From the NCBI GenBank assembly GCA_016176335.1, contig JACOXI010000003.1, positions 194,477-258,476 on the forward strand: a stretch of 64,000 nucleotides of DNA. Direction: 5' to 3'. The position numbers and the translations under genes were made by a program. The notes beneath the pieces were generated by a model that was given only the letters and a program-made list of their open reading frames with translations, was not told the origin of the DNA and made no database searches. Shown here piece after piece: positions 9,971 through 19,618 of the stretch. Numbering within the stretch: position 1 is the stretch's first letter; each line of letters begins with the position of its first letter. This DNA is from Candidatus Daviesbacteria bacterium (GTDB taxonomy: Bacteria; Patescibacteriota; Microgenomatia; Daviesbacterales; UBA10151).

Positions 9971-11344
9971 ATGATTAAGTTAATGTCCTTTTACCTAAAG
10001 GCTCTGTTTGCTTTCACAGCAATCATGCTTTTTCTTCACCCAGCCCCTGTTTTTGCCCAAGCAGGGGGAGGGGGACCAGCCGGGATACCCCTGATTGAGT
10101 ATATATTTGCCAGAATAGTTTGTGTGGCTGTCCCTCTGGGGTATACAGCATTGCTGGTAGTTTTAGTATTTGCTGGAATTAAGTATTTAATCTCCGCGGG
10201 TGAGGCTAAAGCTGTTCAAGCTGCCCATCAAACAGTCACCTGGGGACTATTGGGAATATTATTCCTGACTATAGCCTGGTTAATCCTGCTGCTGATTCAA
10301 AACTTTACAGGAGTAAAAGTGACACAGTTTACCCTATCCTCATTACCTGGTGTACAGGGTTTTACTGGATCATGCTGGGCACCGGCACCAGTTGCCCCTG
10401 AACCACCGCCATCTCTTATGCAAACCACCCCTGCTAGCAACCTGATATCCCTTCCTCAAGATAAGCCGCTAGCTGCCGTTATTTTTGTTCGTGAATGTAG
10501 ACACTTACAAAATTTTATTAGAGCCAGTCATGTTATGCAGCCTCTTCTTCCAGCAGACCCTCTTAGGTTATTATATAACTCCCCTGCCGGAAACCCCTAT
10601 CCTAATTATGTAAACCCTAATCCGGATGATCCAGAATTGGCAGATCTTTTTGATGAAAATAAGGATGTACCAAAAGAGTGGCTTCATAATATTGCAATAG
10701 ATGCTTTATTAGTAATACCACCATGGTTTAGTGTCGGATATGAAATTGATGTTCCAAAAACAGTCACAAAGCTTCCCCTTAAAATAGCTTATATGCGTGA
10801 TTTCTCTCCTGTTGCTCCTCAATACGACAGATTTATTGGATATACCAGCCTAACGAGAGGGTATTTCCCACCAGATTATCCGGATGAATTGTTCTGGCAC
10901 TTCTATAACCTCGGCGGGACTAGTCACTTAATAAAAGTACCTGATGACCCTGATAGGCTACCTGAGCGGTTCAAAGAAAATCCTCCTCAAAGGATGCACC
11001 ATTATTTTTACAGGAGTAGTTACGGGTTTTGGATGGTTCCTAAGAATCGCCAAAGCGAAGTAAAAGACTCACCTTTTGTGGACGTCTCTCCTTGGGGATA
11101 TCTTACATCTGATAAAACTGTTGCACTATACAAAAGAGATGTAATCCCAGAACAGAGGATTCCTTTGGAATATGCAAATCATTTACCCTTTGGGCTGACC
11201 TTTGATCCAGAAGAAGCACTCAGGCTAATGGATGATACAACGAAGTCTAAGAGCGGGGGGTGGGGAACTTATTCATTTCCATCTATTATTTCTTGTCCGG
11301 AGGGTGAGATTTGGCAATTTCCAGTAAATATTCATGGATCCTAA
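9971..11344 (+). CDS. VirB2/TrbC-like (CPR-type) pilin domain fused to an unknown C-terminal domain
   Basis: Signal peptide ending PVFAQ, then LVFAGIKYLISAGEAKAVQAAHQTVTWGLLGILF (two TM), Pro-rich linker and about 300 aa of soluble domain. Confidence 0.65.
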   Translation: MIKLMSFYLKALFAFTAIMLFLHPAPVFAQAGGGGPAGIPLIEYIFARIVCVAVPLGYTALLVVLVFAGIKYLISAGEAKAVQAAHQTVTWGLLGILFLTIAWLILLLIQNFTGVKVTQFTLSSLPGVQGFTGSCWAPAPVAPEPPPSLMQTTPASNLISLPQDKPLAAVIFVRECRHLQNFIRASHVMQPLLPADPLRLLYNSPAGNPYPNYVNPNPDDPELADLFDENKDVPKEWLHNIAIDALLVIPPWFSVGYEIDVPKTVTKLPLKIAYMRDFSPVAPQYDRFIGYTSLTRGYFPPDYPDELFWHFYNLGGTSHLIKVPDDPDRLPERFKENPPQRMHHYFYRSSYGFWMVPKNRQSEVKDSPFVDVSPWGYLTSDKTVALYKRDVIPEQRIPLEYANHLPFGLTFDPEEALRLMDDTTKSKSGGWGTYSFPSIISCPEGEIWQFPVNIHGS

Positions 11345-12065
11345 TAAGTTAGCTGAAAATATCAATAACAAGGGTGGGTTCAGAGCTGTATGGCAGTGGT
11401 TAAATCAATCACCAACCAGGTTAACAGGAATAATACTACTTGGTTTGTCTTTTGTATTGTTTTTGGCTTTGATGGTGATAATTTCTCAAAAAAACATTTC
11501 TAAAAAAACAGTATCTAATACACCTTATCCAAGCCCAGCTGCTCAACTGAAACAAAATATCCTTTCTCCCCTGCCATCACCAAAACCTGATGTAACTTTA
11601 AACTGGACAGTTCTTACAAACATTTATGGATTTCAGATTAAATATCCTTCAGGCTCCAAACTAACACCTGTCTTACCTCAGGCTTACTCCTCAGCCACAC
11701 TGCAAATAACCTCTGCTGCTTCAACTTTAGCTTTGGATATTGTTGATAAAAACAATCCAATCATAAAAGGCAAATCTTTAAAAGAAATTGTTGATTTAAT
11801 AAGGGAGAAAAATGCTACATCTTCTGCAAATATAACAGTCAAAAAGGTGCTCACTAAGCCTATTTTAATTCTTTATGGGGGGAATGAAGGATATGAGTGG
11901 TATTTGGAATCAAGTGGGCTGATAGGGTTGGATGCAACATATACCTCTAAGTTGGGTAAGAACCGCATTATTGAGTTTGATAAAAACAACAAACATTATC
12001 TGATCTTTACCAGTTTTGATGATTTGGGGGAACAGTTGTTATCAACTTTGAATATAATTCAATAA
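11334..12065 (+). CDS. Membrane-anchored surface protein, PsbP-like domain possible
   Basis: Single TM, Pro/Ser linker, WTVLTNIYGFQIKYPS motif. Confidence 0.55.
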   Translation: MDPNKLAENINNKGGFRAVWQWLNQSPTRLTGIILLGLSFVLFLALMVIISQKNISKKTVSNTPYPSPAAQLKQNILSPLPSPKPDVTLNWTVLTNIYGFQIKYPSGSKLTPVLPQAYSSATLQITSAASTLALDIVDKNNPIIKGKSLKEIVDLIREKNATSSANITVKKVLTKPILILYGGNEGYEWYLESSGLIGLDATYTSKLGKNRIIEFDKNNKHYLIFTSFDDLGEQLLSTLNIIQ

Positions 12066-12089
12066 ATTTCGCGCTCACTCATGATCTGC

Positions 12090-12107
12090 GGGTCGAAAAT
12101 TCGACCC
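12090..12107. repeat. Short palindrome abutting the hrcA -35 box
   Basis: gggtcgaa-aa-ttcgaccc. Confidence 0.55.
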
Positions 12108-12144
12108 TTGACAAAGATTAGCAGTCATGGTAGATTAGTGCTAA
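12108..12144 (+). promoter_or_regulatory. Sigma70-type promoter overlapped by a CIRCE operator
   Basis: TTGACA (12108)-17 nt-TAGATT; TTAGCAGTC-N9-TAGTGCTAA at 12118-12144 versus consensus TTAGCACTC-N9-GAGTGCTAA, directly before hrcA. Confidence 0.92.
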
Positions 12145-12148
12145 TCTT

Positions 12149-12874
12149 ATGGTTGATTTATCTGAAAGACAACGGGCACTTTTAAAAGCAATAGTGGAAG
12201 AATATATTGAGTCGGCTGAACCTGTTGGGTCTGAAGTTATTGAGCGAAAGTATGATCTTCGTGTCTCCCCTGCCACCATTCGGATTGAGATGGGAAAACT
12301 GACAGAGGCAGGTTTCTTACGCCAACTCCATACTTCTGCAGGAAGGACACCCACCTCTTTGGGTTTTAGGGTTTATATACAGGAACTGATGAATGAAAAA
12401 CAACTGCCTGTTACTGCGGAGGTTTCCATTAAAGAAAAGCTTTGGCAGGAAAGGTATAAAAAAGAAAGGTTACTGCAAGAGGCGGTGAAAGCTTTGGCAG
12501 ATAGGTGTGATATGTTGGGTTTGGCAACAGATAATGAAGGTCAGATCTACTTTGCGGGTGCTGCCAATATTTTGGATTGGCCGGAGTTTTATGACATTGA
12601 TGTCACCAGGTTTGTTTTGTCTTTGTTTGATGAGAACCCAAGGTTAAAAGAGATTATAGGGAAGGCTGTTGGTGCTGATCCGATCCATATACTTTTTGGG
12701 GAGGAATTGGGGTTTGAGGATTTGCGTCCCACAGGGTTTGTTTTTACAAGATATGAGGCAGAACCAAAAGAAGGTGTGGTGGGAGTGATTGGCCCTGCCA
12801 GGATGAATTTTGCTATGGTTTTGCCTTACATAAAATATGTCAGGGATTTATTAGTGGAGGCTGGACGAATGTAG
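12149..12874 (+). CDS. hrcA: Heat-inducible transcription repressor HrcA (short form)
   Basis: LSERQRALLKAIVEEYI..AEPVGS, SPATIR, HTSAGRTPT, GVIGPARM. Confidence 0.95.
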   Translation: MVDLSERQRALLKAIVEEYIESAEPVGSEVIERKYDLRVSPATIRIEMGKLTEAGFLRQLHTSAGRTPTSLGFRVYIQELMNEKQLPVTAEVSIKEKLWQERYKKERLLQEAVKALADRCDMLGLATDNEGQIYFAGAANILDWPEFYDIDVTRFVLSLFDENPRLKEIIGKAVGADPIHILFGEELGFEDLRPTGFVFTRYEAEPKEGVVGVIGPARMNFAMVLPYIKYVRDLLVEAGRM

Positions 12875-12942
12875 AATTCAGAGTTTAGAGTTCAGAATGG
12901 TGTAGAATTTAGAATTCTTAAATTAATTATAAATTTTGTACT
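12873..12942. repeat. 7-mer array (AGAATTC-like) with a weak inverted arm
   Basis: agaattc agagttt agagttc agaatgg ... agaattt agaattc between hrcA and grpE. Confidence 0.7.
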
Positions 12943-13539
12943 ATGGGTAAAAAAGCGAACGATCGAATAAATGAAATTATAGGGAAAAATAAAGAGCTCG
13001 AGGCTCAGTTAAAAAGAGCAGTAGCTGATTATCATAATTTGGAAAAAAGAGTATCTGAAGGAAGATCAGAGCTAACTTCTTTTATGGGAGCAGAATTGGT
13101 GAAAAGACTTTTACCAGTATTGGATCATTTAGAACAGGTAGTCGACCGTGGTCGACCTATCCTGAGCGAGCGAAGTGAGTCGAAGGACTGGTTTAGAGGA
13201 GTTGAGCTGGCTGTTAAAGAGTTAAACCAGGTTTTACAATCTGAAGGGTTGGATGAAATATCAGCAGATCCCTCGACTTCGCTCGGGACAGGCTCCGTAT
13301 TTGATCCAAGCCTTCATGAGGCAGTTGACACAAAGGATGGGGAAGATAATAAAATAATAGAAGTAGTCAGAAAAGGTTATAATTTAAATGGAAAAGTTTT
13401 AAGACCAGCACAAGTGATTGTCGGGCGGAAGCAAGACAATCATCCTGAGGAGCGAAACAGCGACGAAGGATCTAGTATGGAAGATTCTGGACAAGCCAGA
13501 ATGACAGAGAACGAAGGATCTGAAGGAAGTACAAACTAA
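12943..13539 (+). CDS. grpE: Nucleotide exchange factor GrpE, carrying several palindromic insertions
   Basis: [46 protein letters not shown]. Confidence 0.95.
   Translation: MGKKANDRINEIIGKNKELEAQLKRAVADYHNLEKRVSEGRSELTSFMGAELVKRLLPVLDHLEQVVDRGRPILSERSESKDWFRGVELAVKELNQVLQSEGLDEISADPSTSLGTGSVFDPSLHEAVDTKDGEDNKIIEVVRKGYNLNGKVLRPAQVIVGRKQDNHPEERNSDEGSSMEDSGQARMTENEGSEGSTN
13141..13187 (+). repeat. In-frame palindrome plus family A hairpin in grpE
   Basis: gtcgaccgtggtcgac then tcctgagcgagcgaagtgagtcgaagga ([16 protein letters not shown]). Confidence 0.75.
13267..13292 (-). repeat. In-frame family A hairpin in grpE
   Basis: gatccctcgacttcgctcgggacagg (DPSTSLGTG); 23/24 identical to fusA 50060-50083. 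Confidence 0.88.
13440..13506. repeat. Inverted doublet of family A hairpins forming the grpE C-terminal tail
   Basis: tcatcctgaggagcgaaacagcgacgaaggatct ... agattctggacaagccagaatgaca. Confidence 0.8.
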
Positions 13540-13540
13540 T

Positions 13541-15496
13541 ATGGCTAAAATTGTGGGAATAGATTTAGGTACAACAAATTCAGCAGTGGCGGTGATGGAG
13601 GGTGGTAAACCCAAAGTCATCCATTCTGCTGAAGGGGAAAATATTATCCCATCAGTTGTTAATCCCACCAAAAATATTGTGGGTAGGGTGGCCAAACGCC
13701 AGGCTGTGGTTAATCCCAAAGAAACGATTTTTTCCATTAAAAGATTAATGGGTAGAAAATTCAAAGATGCCGAGGTTCAAAGAGATATTAAATGGCTTCC
13801 ATATGCTATTAAAGAAGGCAAAAATGGCATGGCTGTTGTGGAGGTGGAAGGTCATGAGTATACTCCACAAGAAATTTCTGCTCAAATTTTACAAAAAATT
13901 AAGACTGATGCAGAGAGTTATTTAGGAGAAAAAGTGACAGATGCAGTAATTACTGTTCCTGCATATTTTGATGATGCTCAAAGACAAGCCACCAAACAAG
14001 CTGGAGAAATAGCTGGGCTTAATGTGCAAAGAATTATCAATGAACCAACAGCTGCTGCGCTGGCTTACGGACTTGATAAATCTCACGCTCACACCATTGC
14101 TGTTTATGATCTGGGCGGCGGAACTTTTGATATCTCCATTTTGGAACTGGGGGATGGAGTAATTGAAGTGAAATCAACTAATGGCGACACACATTTGGGT
14201 GGAGATGATTTTGATCAGGTTATTTTAGATTATTTAGCAGAAGAATTTAAAAAAGAACAAGGCATTGATCTTAAAGGAGACAGACAAGCTTTGCAAAGAT
14301 TAAGAGATGCTGCTGAAAAAGCCAAAATTGAGCTTTCTTCCTCAATGGAGGCTGCAATTTCCATACCATTTGTGACTGCTGATTCATCAGGGCCTAAGCA
14401 TTTGGAGATGAAACTTTCCCGAGCCAAGCTGGAGGGATTGGTTAAATCTTTAATTGATAAATCCTTTAATGCAGTTAAGGCATGCCTTAAAGATGCAAAG
14501 CTTGAGCCAGGAAAAATTGATGAAGTGGTTTTGGTTGGTGGAATGACCAGGATGCCTGCAGTGCAGAAGGCTGTGCAGGAATATTTTGGCAAAGAGCCAC
14601 ACAAGGGTATTAATCCTGATGAGGTGGTGGCTGTGGGGGCAGCAATACAAGGTGGAGTTTTGGGTGGGGAAGTCAAAGATGTTTTGCTTTTGGATGTTAC
14701 ACCTTTGACTTTGGGAATTGAAACTTTGGGTGGAGTTAGAACGCCTCTTATTAACAGAAATACCACAATTCCCTCTTCCAAATCAGAAGTTTTCTCAACA
14801 GCAGCTGATAACCAGCCTGCTGTGGAGATTAATGTGCTGCAGGGTGAGAGGGAAATGGCAGCTGACAACAAATCTTTGGGAAGATTTGTTTTAGATGGGA
14901 TTCCGCCTGCACCAAGAGGAGTTCCACAAATTGAAGTCACTTTTGATATTGATGCCAATGGTATTTTAAATGTGTCTGCCAAAGATAAAGCCACAGGCAA
15001 AGAGCAAAAAATAACCATCACAGGTTCAACAGGTTTGGATAAGGCAGAAGTGGAGAAAATGACCAAAGAAGCAGAAGCTCATGCAGAAGAGGATAAAAAG
15101 AAAAAAGAGGGAATTGAAGTAAGAAATATAGCAGATAGTTTAGTTTATCAAACAGAAAAAACCTTAAAAGAACAAGGGGATAAAGTGCCAGCTGATGTTA
15201 GAACAGAGGTGGAGCAAAAGTTAAATGAGCTTAAAGATGCATTAAAAGGAGATAATGTTGATGATATTAAGACCAAAGGTGATGCGCTGGGGGAAGTTTT
15301 GCAAAAAGTAGGTTCTGCAATGTACAAAGACCAGGGTACAGGTGACAGTGGACAGGGTACAGCAGGACAAACCGAGGAAGCTCCAAAAACAGAGGATTCG
15401 TCATCCGAAGCTCCAGCGAAGGATGAGGCTGTTGAAGGTGAAGTAGTGAGCGAAGCTTCTGCTGACGCAGTAGAAGAGGAGAAAAAATCGGAGTAA
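13541..15496 (+). CDS. dnaK: Chaperone DnaK
   Basis: [48 protein letters not shown]. Confidence 0.99.
   Translation: MAKIVGIDLGTTNSAVAVMEGGKPKVIHSAEGENIIPSVVNPTKNIVGRVAKRQAVVNPKETIFSIKRLMGRKFKDAEVQRDIKWLPYAIKEGKNGMAVVEVEGHEYTPQEISAQILQKIKTDAESYLGEKVTDAVITVPAYFDDAQRQATKQAGEIAGLNVQRIINEPTAAALAYGLDKSHAHTIAVYDLGGGTFDISILELGDGVIEVKSTNGDTHLGGDDFDQVILDYLAEEFKKEQGIDLKGDRQALQRLRDAAEKAKIELSSSMEAAISIPFVTADSSGPKHLEMKLSRAKLEGLVKSLIDKSFNAVKACLKDAKLEPGKIDEVVLVGGMTRMPAVQKAVQEYFGKEPHKGINPDEVVAVGAAIQGGVLGGEVKDVLLLDVTPLTLGIETLGGVRTPLINRNTTIPSSKSEVFSTAADNQPAVEINVLQGEREMAADNKSLGRFVLDGIPPAPRGVPQIEVTFDIDANGILNVSAKDKATGKEQKITITGSTGLDKAEVEKMTKEAEAHAEEDKKKKEGIEVRNIADSLVYQTEKTLKEQGDKVPADVRTEVEQKLNELKDALKGDNVDDIKTKGDALGEVLQKVGSAMYKDQGTGDSGQGTAGQTEEAPKTEDSSSEAPAKDEAVEGEVVSEASADAVEEEKKSE
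15332..15362 (+). repeat. In-frame 7-mer array in the dnaK tail
   Basis: cagggta caggtga cagtgga cagggta cag ([10 protein letters not shown]). Confidence 0.8.
15401..15426 (+). repeat. In-frame family B hairpin in the dnaK tail
   Basis: tcatccgaagctccagcgaaggatga (SSEAPAKDE). Confidence 0.75.
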
Positions 15497-15630
15497 CGCT
15501 CCAGTCGGCAACCCCGCTCGCTTGCTCATCAACGCAAGCGTCCTGCGACTAATCGCCTCGGATACGCTCGCTTCGCTCGTCTAGGACTCACTGCGCTCGG
15601 GGGCAGCCTCCTTCCGCTCTCAGTTTCGAT
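15497..15630. repeat. GC-rich nested multi-hairpin element between dnaK and dnaJ
   Basis: cgcttgc...gcaagcg, gcga-ctaa-tcgc, tcct...agga, cccc...gggg and a gctcgcttcgctc core. Confidence 0.6.
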
Positions 15631-15649
15631 AAGTTGATATAATTCGATT

Positions 15650-16588
15650 ATGGCTAAACGTGATTATTATGAAATTTTAGGAGTTAATAAAAGTGCCTCG
15701 GTAGATGAAATTAAATCTGCTTACAGAAAACTGGCCAGAAAACATCATCCTGATGTGGACAAATCTGCTGGTGCTGCGGAAAGGTTTAAGGAAATTGGTG
15801 AAGCGTACCAGGTCCTATCTGATCCGCAAAAAAAAGGAGCTTATGATCAGTTTGGTCATGCTGCATTCGATCGAGGAGCTGGAGCAGGTGGAAATCCCTT
15901 TGGCGGTGGATGGCAGCAATATAGTTGGTCAACAGGTGGTGGTAACCCCTTCGGCTCCGCTCAGGGCGGGCCCAATATCCAATTTGATTTCGGAGGATTT
16001 GAAGATCCGTTTGAGTTATTTGAACAAATTTTTGGTGGTGGGTTTGGTGCTCAAATGAGAAGAAGGCCAACATATCAATTAAATTTAAAATTTGATGAGG
16101 CTATAAAAGGGGTTGAGAAAGAAGTTGAGATAGAATCAAGAAATCAAGCAGGCAGATTAGAGAGAAAAAGGATGAAGATTAAGGTTCCTGCAGGGGTTGA
16201 TAACGGAACCAAAATGAGATTTGGGGATTTGGATATTGTGTTTAATGTAGGAAGAAATCCGCAATTTTTAAGAGAAGGAGCAGATGTATTTTCTGAAATT
16301 ACCATAAATATTCCACAATTGGTTTTAGGAGATGTGTTTGAGGTGGAAACAGTACAAGGGAAAGTTAAGGTAAAAGTCCCTCCAGGCACTCAACCAGGAT
16401 CTTTGGTAAAACTTAAAGGAAAAGGCGCCCCGCGTTTGGGAAGTTCATCTCACGGTGATCATTATGTCAGGGTAAACCTTAATGTGCCACAAAATCCTTC
16501 AAAACAAGAAAAACAACTTTACGAAGAACTAAAAAATTTAGCCTCCCCGCCTGGCGGCGAGGCAAGCAGGAAAAAAGGCTGGTTTTAA
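15650..16588 (+). CDS. dnaJ: DnaJ-class chaperone without zinc finger
   Basis: [15 protein letters not shown] region, C-terminal domain; no CxxCxGxG repeats. Confidence 0.92.
   Translation: MAKRDYYEILGVNKSASVDEIKSAYRKLARKHHPDVDKSAGAAERFKEIGEAYQVLSDPQKKGAYDQFGHAAFDRGAGAGGNPFGGGWQQYSWSTGGGNPFGSAQGGPNIQFDFGGFEDPFELFEQIFGGGFGAQMRRRPTYQLNLKFDEAIKGVEKEVEIESRNQAGRLERKRMKIKVPAGVDNGTKMRFGDLDIVFNVGRNPQFLREGADVFSEITINIPQLVLGDVFEVETVQGKVKVKVPPGTQPGSLVKLKGKGAPRLGSSSHGDHYVRVNLNVPQNPSKQEKQLYEELKNLASPPGGEASRKKGWF
15947..15966 (-). repeat. In-frame family A hairpin in the dnaJ G/F region
   Basis: cccttcggctccgctcaggg (PFGSAQG); reverse complement ccctgagcggagccgaaggg. Confidence 0.75.
16541..16563. repeat. 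In-frame palindrome near the dnaJ 3' end
   Basis: gcctccccgcctggcggcgaggc (ASPPGGEA). Confidence 0.65.
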
Positions 16589-16651
16589 GTCCTCTGATTT
16601 TCGAATAGTTGACAAAGTCTGGCGAACCTGACTATTGTGATTACAACTCCC

Positions 16652-18610
16652 ATGAAGAGATTGTCGAACATAGCAGATTTCATTAAACAAAAACGGAAAA
16701 TTCTGGCTTCATTATTTTTAATCGTTGGTCTGTTAAGTGTTATGGTAGATGTGGTTATTCTCTCACAGCGTCCCCAGATTTACCATTCCAAAGCAGCCGA
16801 ACAAACAACTTATATTTTGCAAAATACTGTTGAATTTACCTCGCCGAAAACTTTTTACAGGATTTCTTATGATAAAAGGTATTGGACCACCAGCACTTTT
16901 GGCCCCAGAGTGATCTTTAATCTAAATAAAGAATATGGTGCTGCGAGGTTGGATATTATAGAAGGAGAAAGCGAAAAAGATTTAAACATTTTAACTGATG
17001 AAATAGTAAAATCATCTACGGTAACCCCTACTAAAATTGAACCTGTTTCATTGAAAGAAAAACCTGCCTCACTTATAACGTATAAAGAACAAGTTATTGA
17101 CCAGGATGTGTATTTTGAGAAGCTGATTGTCAAAGAGGGTAATAGATTTGTTACTCTTGAGAAGAGAGTCCCAAAATTGGGTTATGATCAATCATATTTA
17201 GATAACTTACTGCAAAGCTTTTCTTTTAATAACTTGCCAAACTCAGAACAAGTAAAAGGAATCTCGCAACTACCAGCGGATCTGACAACAGTTGAGTTGG
17301 TTGATCTTGTTAGACCTTCCATTGCCAATATTGTCTATGTTTATTGTTTGGATATTATCAATCTTCAACCCAATTTATCCCTTCTTTCAAAACCTCAATA
17401 TCAATTTTGTGGTTCGTCAAAAGGCTCTGGTTTGATTGTTAACGAGGGAGGGGTGGTGGCAACCAATGGTCATGTAGTGAAAATCTATCCCGAAGAAGGT
17501 TTGGTAATCAATCTTTTAAATATGGGGAGTAAACTTTTTACTGATGATTTAATTAGGGGAATCTATCTATCAAAAGGTCAATTACCCACACAAAGTCAAG
17601 TGGACGATTTTGCGAAAGAAATCAATTCTAATCCTCACTATTTAGACAGGTTGTTAGAGGAAATTTTTGACCTAATCGGGAAAAAGATTATATCTTTGAG
17701 TACCAGTGATGAGAAATATTATGTTAATGTGGGTAATGAACCGACTAAAATAGATTATCAAAAACTAGGCAAGGGTGATGTTTTAAATTCTGTTATCCCT
17801 TCCGGAACAACTTATACTGCTAAGTTATTAGATTTTAATTATCCTAACAGATATTCATTTGAGGCGATTGTCAACAAAAATTATAAACAAGGAGCTGATG
17901 TGGCTTTATTAAGAATAGATACTTCCAATCACTTATTTCCGGCGTTGGAACTGGGGAACACAGAGAATTTAAGAGAGGGTTCCGAGATAATTATTGCAGG
18001 ATACCCTACTTTAGTGGAAGGAGCGGAGGATCCTCGATCGGCAGTCAGTTTTAAGACTTCCACCAAGCCTAGTATTACCCGAGGAGTTATCAGCGCCGTG
18101 AAACAGGATGTAACCGGTAAAACTATACTCCAGACAGATGCTTCCATAGATCATGGTAATAGTGGGGGGCCCGGGTTTAACTCGTCTGGTCAGGTGATAG
18201 GAATAGCCACCTTTATGGCTGAAAGTCAATCCGGTAATTTTAATTTCTTAAGAGACGTATCGGAGCTTAAAAACTTGATGTCAAAAAATAAGGTGGAAAA
18301 TAAGCAGGATAAACTAACAAATTATTGGAGAAAGGGTTTAGATGACTTTAGAAATCAATACTACAATCAAGCTATTAAGAACTTTAAAGAGGTTGAAGCA
18401 TTAAGTCCCTCCCATCCTACTGTCAAAGAATTTATAGAAGCTTCGGAAGAAGCAATTGCCAGAGGAGAAAGTTTGGAAGGATTAGCATCTTTTGTTAAAG
18501 GCAAAAATTCCAATGTGTTACTTATGGTATTTGGGGGAATTGCAGTAATCAGTTTTATGTCTGCCGGATTTTTAACAGCGCTACCACTTTTTGCAAGAGA
18601 CACTAACTAG
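16652..18610 (+). CDS. Membrane-anchored trypsin-like (S1C-like) serine protease
   Basis: ATNGHVV, DVALLRI, DASIDHGNSGGP triad; N- and C-terminal TM; TPR-like helix pair; no PDZ. GTG 16637 is an alternative start. Confidence 0.85.
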   Translation: MKRLSNIADFIKQKRKILASLFLIVGLLSVMVDVVILSQRPQIYHSKAAEQTTYILQNTVEFTSPKTFYRISYDKRYWTTSTFGPRVIFNLNKEYGAARLDIIEGESEKDLNILTDEIVKSSTVTPTKIEPVSLKEKPASLITYKEQVIDQDVYFEKLIVKEGNRFVTLEKRVPKLGYDQSYLDNLLQSFSFNNLPNSEQVKGISQLPADLTTVELVDLVRPSIANIVYVYCLDIINLQPNLSLLSKPQYQFCGSSKGSGLIVNEGGVVATNGHVVKIYPEEGLVINLLNMGSKLFTDDLIRGIYLSKGQLPTQSQVDDFAKEINSNPHYLDRLLEEIFDLIGKKIISLSTSDEKYYVNVGNEPTKIDYQKLGKGDVLNSVIPSGTTYTAKLLDFNYPNRYSFEAIVNKNYKQGADVALLRIDTSNHLFPALELGNTENLREGSEIIIAGYPTLVEGAEDPRSAVSFKTSTKPSITRGVISAVKQDVTGKTILQTDASIDHGNSGGPGFNSSGQVIGIATFMAESQSGNFNFLRDVSELKNLMSKNKVENKQDKLTNYWRKGLDDFRNQYYNQAIKNFKEVEALSPSHPTVKEFIEASEEAIARGESLEGLASFVKGKNSNVLLMVFGGIAVISFMSAGFLTALPLFARDTN

Positions 18611-19421
18611 TCTTTTTAGGAAGGAATGAATTCACTATTACTACTCCTAAAGTTAATATTGAGACCATAAAAGGAAAGCCATGAAAGTAAGTGTATCTGC
18701 TGGTTAGGCTGACTACTAAATCAACAATTAATCCCAAAGTAATGGCGTATAAACTTACTTTATATGATTGTCCAAAGCCAAGAGTTCGTCTGAAGATCTT
18801 ACTAAGCAACCAAATTAATGAAGCTAAGAGAAGCAGGTGGATTAATCTGAGGATATAGGCAAGGTAAAGGCCAATAAAGCTAAGTAACAATAGCATGGGT
18901 CCTACAAATTTAAGATAAGGAGAAAACTTTTGGTAAAAAGAGTTTAAAACTTCCTGATTTAATTTAAAATCTTTAATTTGAGCAAGACTATATGTTCTGC
19001 TTTCTACATCACTTTTTTTATAAACAATAGAATCTTTAGTTATCCAGGCAGCAACTTGATATTCATCAAATTTGGTTGAAGAATAAGGAGTTTTAGTATC
19101 AATCACCACCAGATTTTGACTTTTATCTCCCTCACAAGAAGAAATAAAATATGGTTCCTCAGCATTAATAGTTACTTGTCCCTTAGTAATTTTAACTTTT
19201 AAATCTTTTGGATAACAATCAATTATATCTGTAGCAAAAGTTTGTAATGCTTGGGCGGTTTCAAAAAATAATGGACTGATTAAAGTAATTAGGCGAGTAA
19301 TTGTTAGAAGTAGTATTAATAGAAAAAAGTAACTTAAATTTTTTTTAAAAGATTTTGTTAAAACAATAGAGTAAAACTCGGGTGAATAAATGCTATTTAT
19401 GACGGTTTTAAGAAAGTTCAT
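18603..19421 (-). CDS. DUF1189-like membrane protein
   Basis: SIYSPEFY...LSYFFLL, ITKGQVTINAEEPYFI, four TM; start moved to ATG 19421. Confidence 0.6.
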   Translation of the reverse strand: MNFLKTVINSIYSPEFYSIVLTKSFKKNLSYFFLLILLLTITRLITLISPLFFETAQALQTFATDIIDCYPKDLKVKITKGQVTINAEEPYFISSCEGDKSQNLVVIDTKTPYSSTKFDEYQVAAWITKDSIVYKKSDVESRTYSLAQIKDFKLNQEVLNSFYQKFSPYLKFVGPMLLLLSFIGLYLAYILRLIHLLLLASLIWLLSKIFRRTLGFGQSYKVSLYAITLGLIVDLVVSLTSRYTYFHGFPFMVSILTLGVVIVNSFLPKKTS

Positions 19422-19506
19422 CTTAACCTCAGGATAACATATTCCAATTCTTGACTTCAATTTGGTAAAAGAGTAATATAATTGTGGTTAATAATCCAAA
19501 GGACCG

Positions 19507-19531
19507 AAAAGGTGGGCTAGTCCCACCTTTT
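19507..19531 (+). promoter_or_regulatory. rimP/nusA-type leader hairpin (attenuator-like)
   Basis: aaaaggtggg-ctagt-cccacctttt downstream of a TTGACT (19451) promoter; resembles the conserved GTGGG...CCCAC leader of rimP-nusA operons. Confidence 0.75.
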
Positions 19532-19535
19532 ATTT

Positions 19536-19608
19536 TAGGTAACAGGGTACAGTGAGCAGGTTACATTAATCGCAAAAAAGCTGTTACCTGTAGCCTAAAA
19601 TCTGTAAT
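19536..19608. repeat. Inverted pair of 7-mer arrays in the nusA leader
   Basis: taggtaa cagggta cagtgag caggtta ca ... ctgttac ctgtagc ctaaaat ctgtaat. Confidence 0.75.
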
Positions 19609-19618
19609 ATTTACTAAC

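Noticed and set aside
13441-13473. Hammerhead ribozyme-like CTGAGGAG...CGAA in family A hairpins (also 6003)
   Set aside because: GAAG rather than GAAA follows, there is no stem III or NUH site, and the flanks pair with each other as a simple hairpin
14230-15066. Long antisense ORFs opposite dnaK (also opposite tuf, rplF, rpoB, ftsK and others)
   Set aside because: Shadow frames of conserved genes with no independent motifs or start signals
15650-16588. dnaJ lacking the zinc finger as a sign of decay
   Set aside because: HPD, G/F and C-terminal domains are intact; zinc-finger-less J proteins are common
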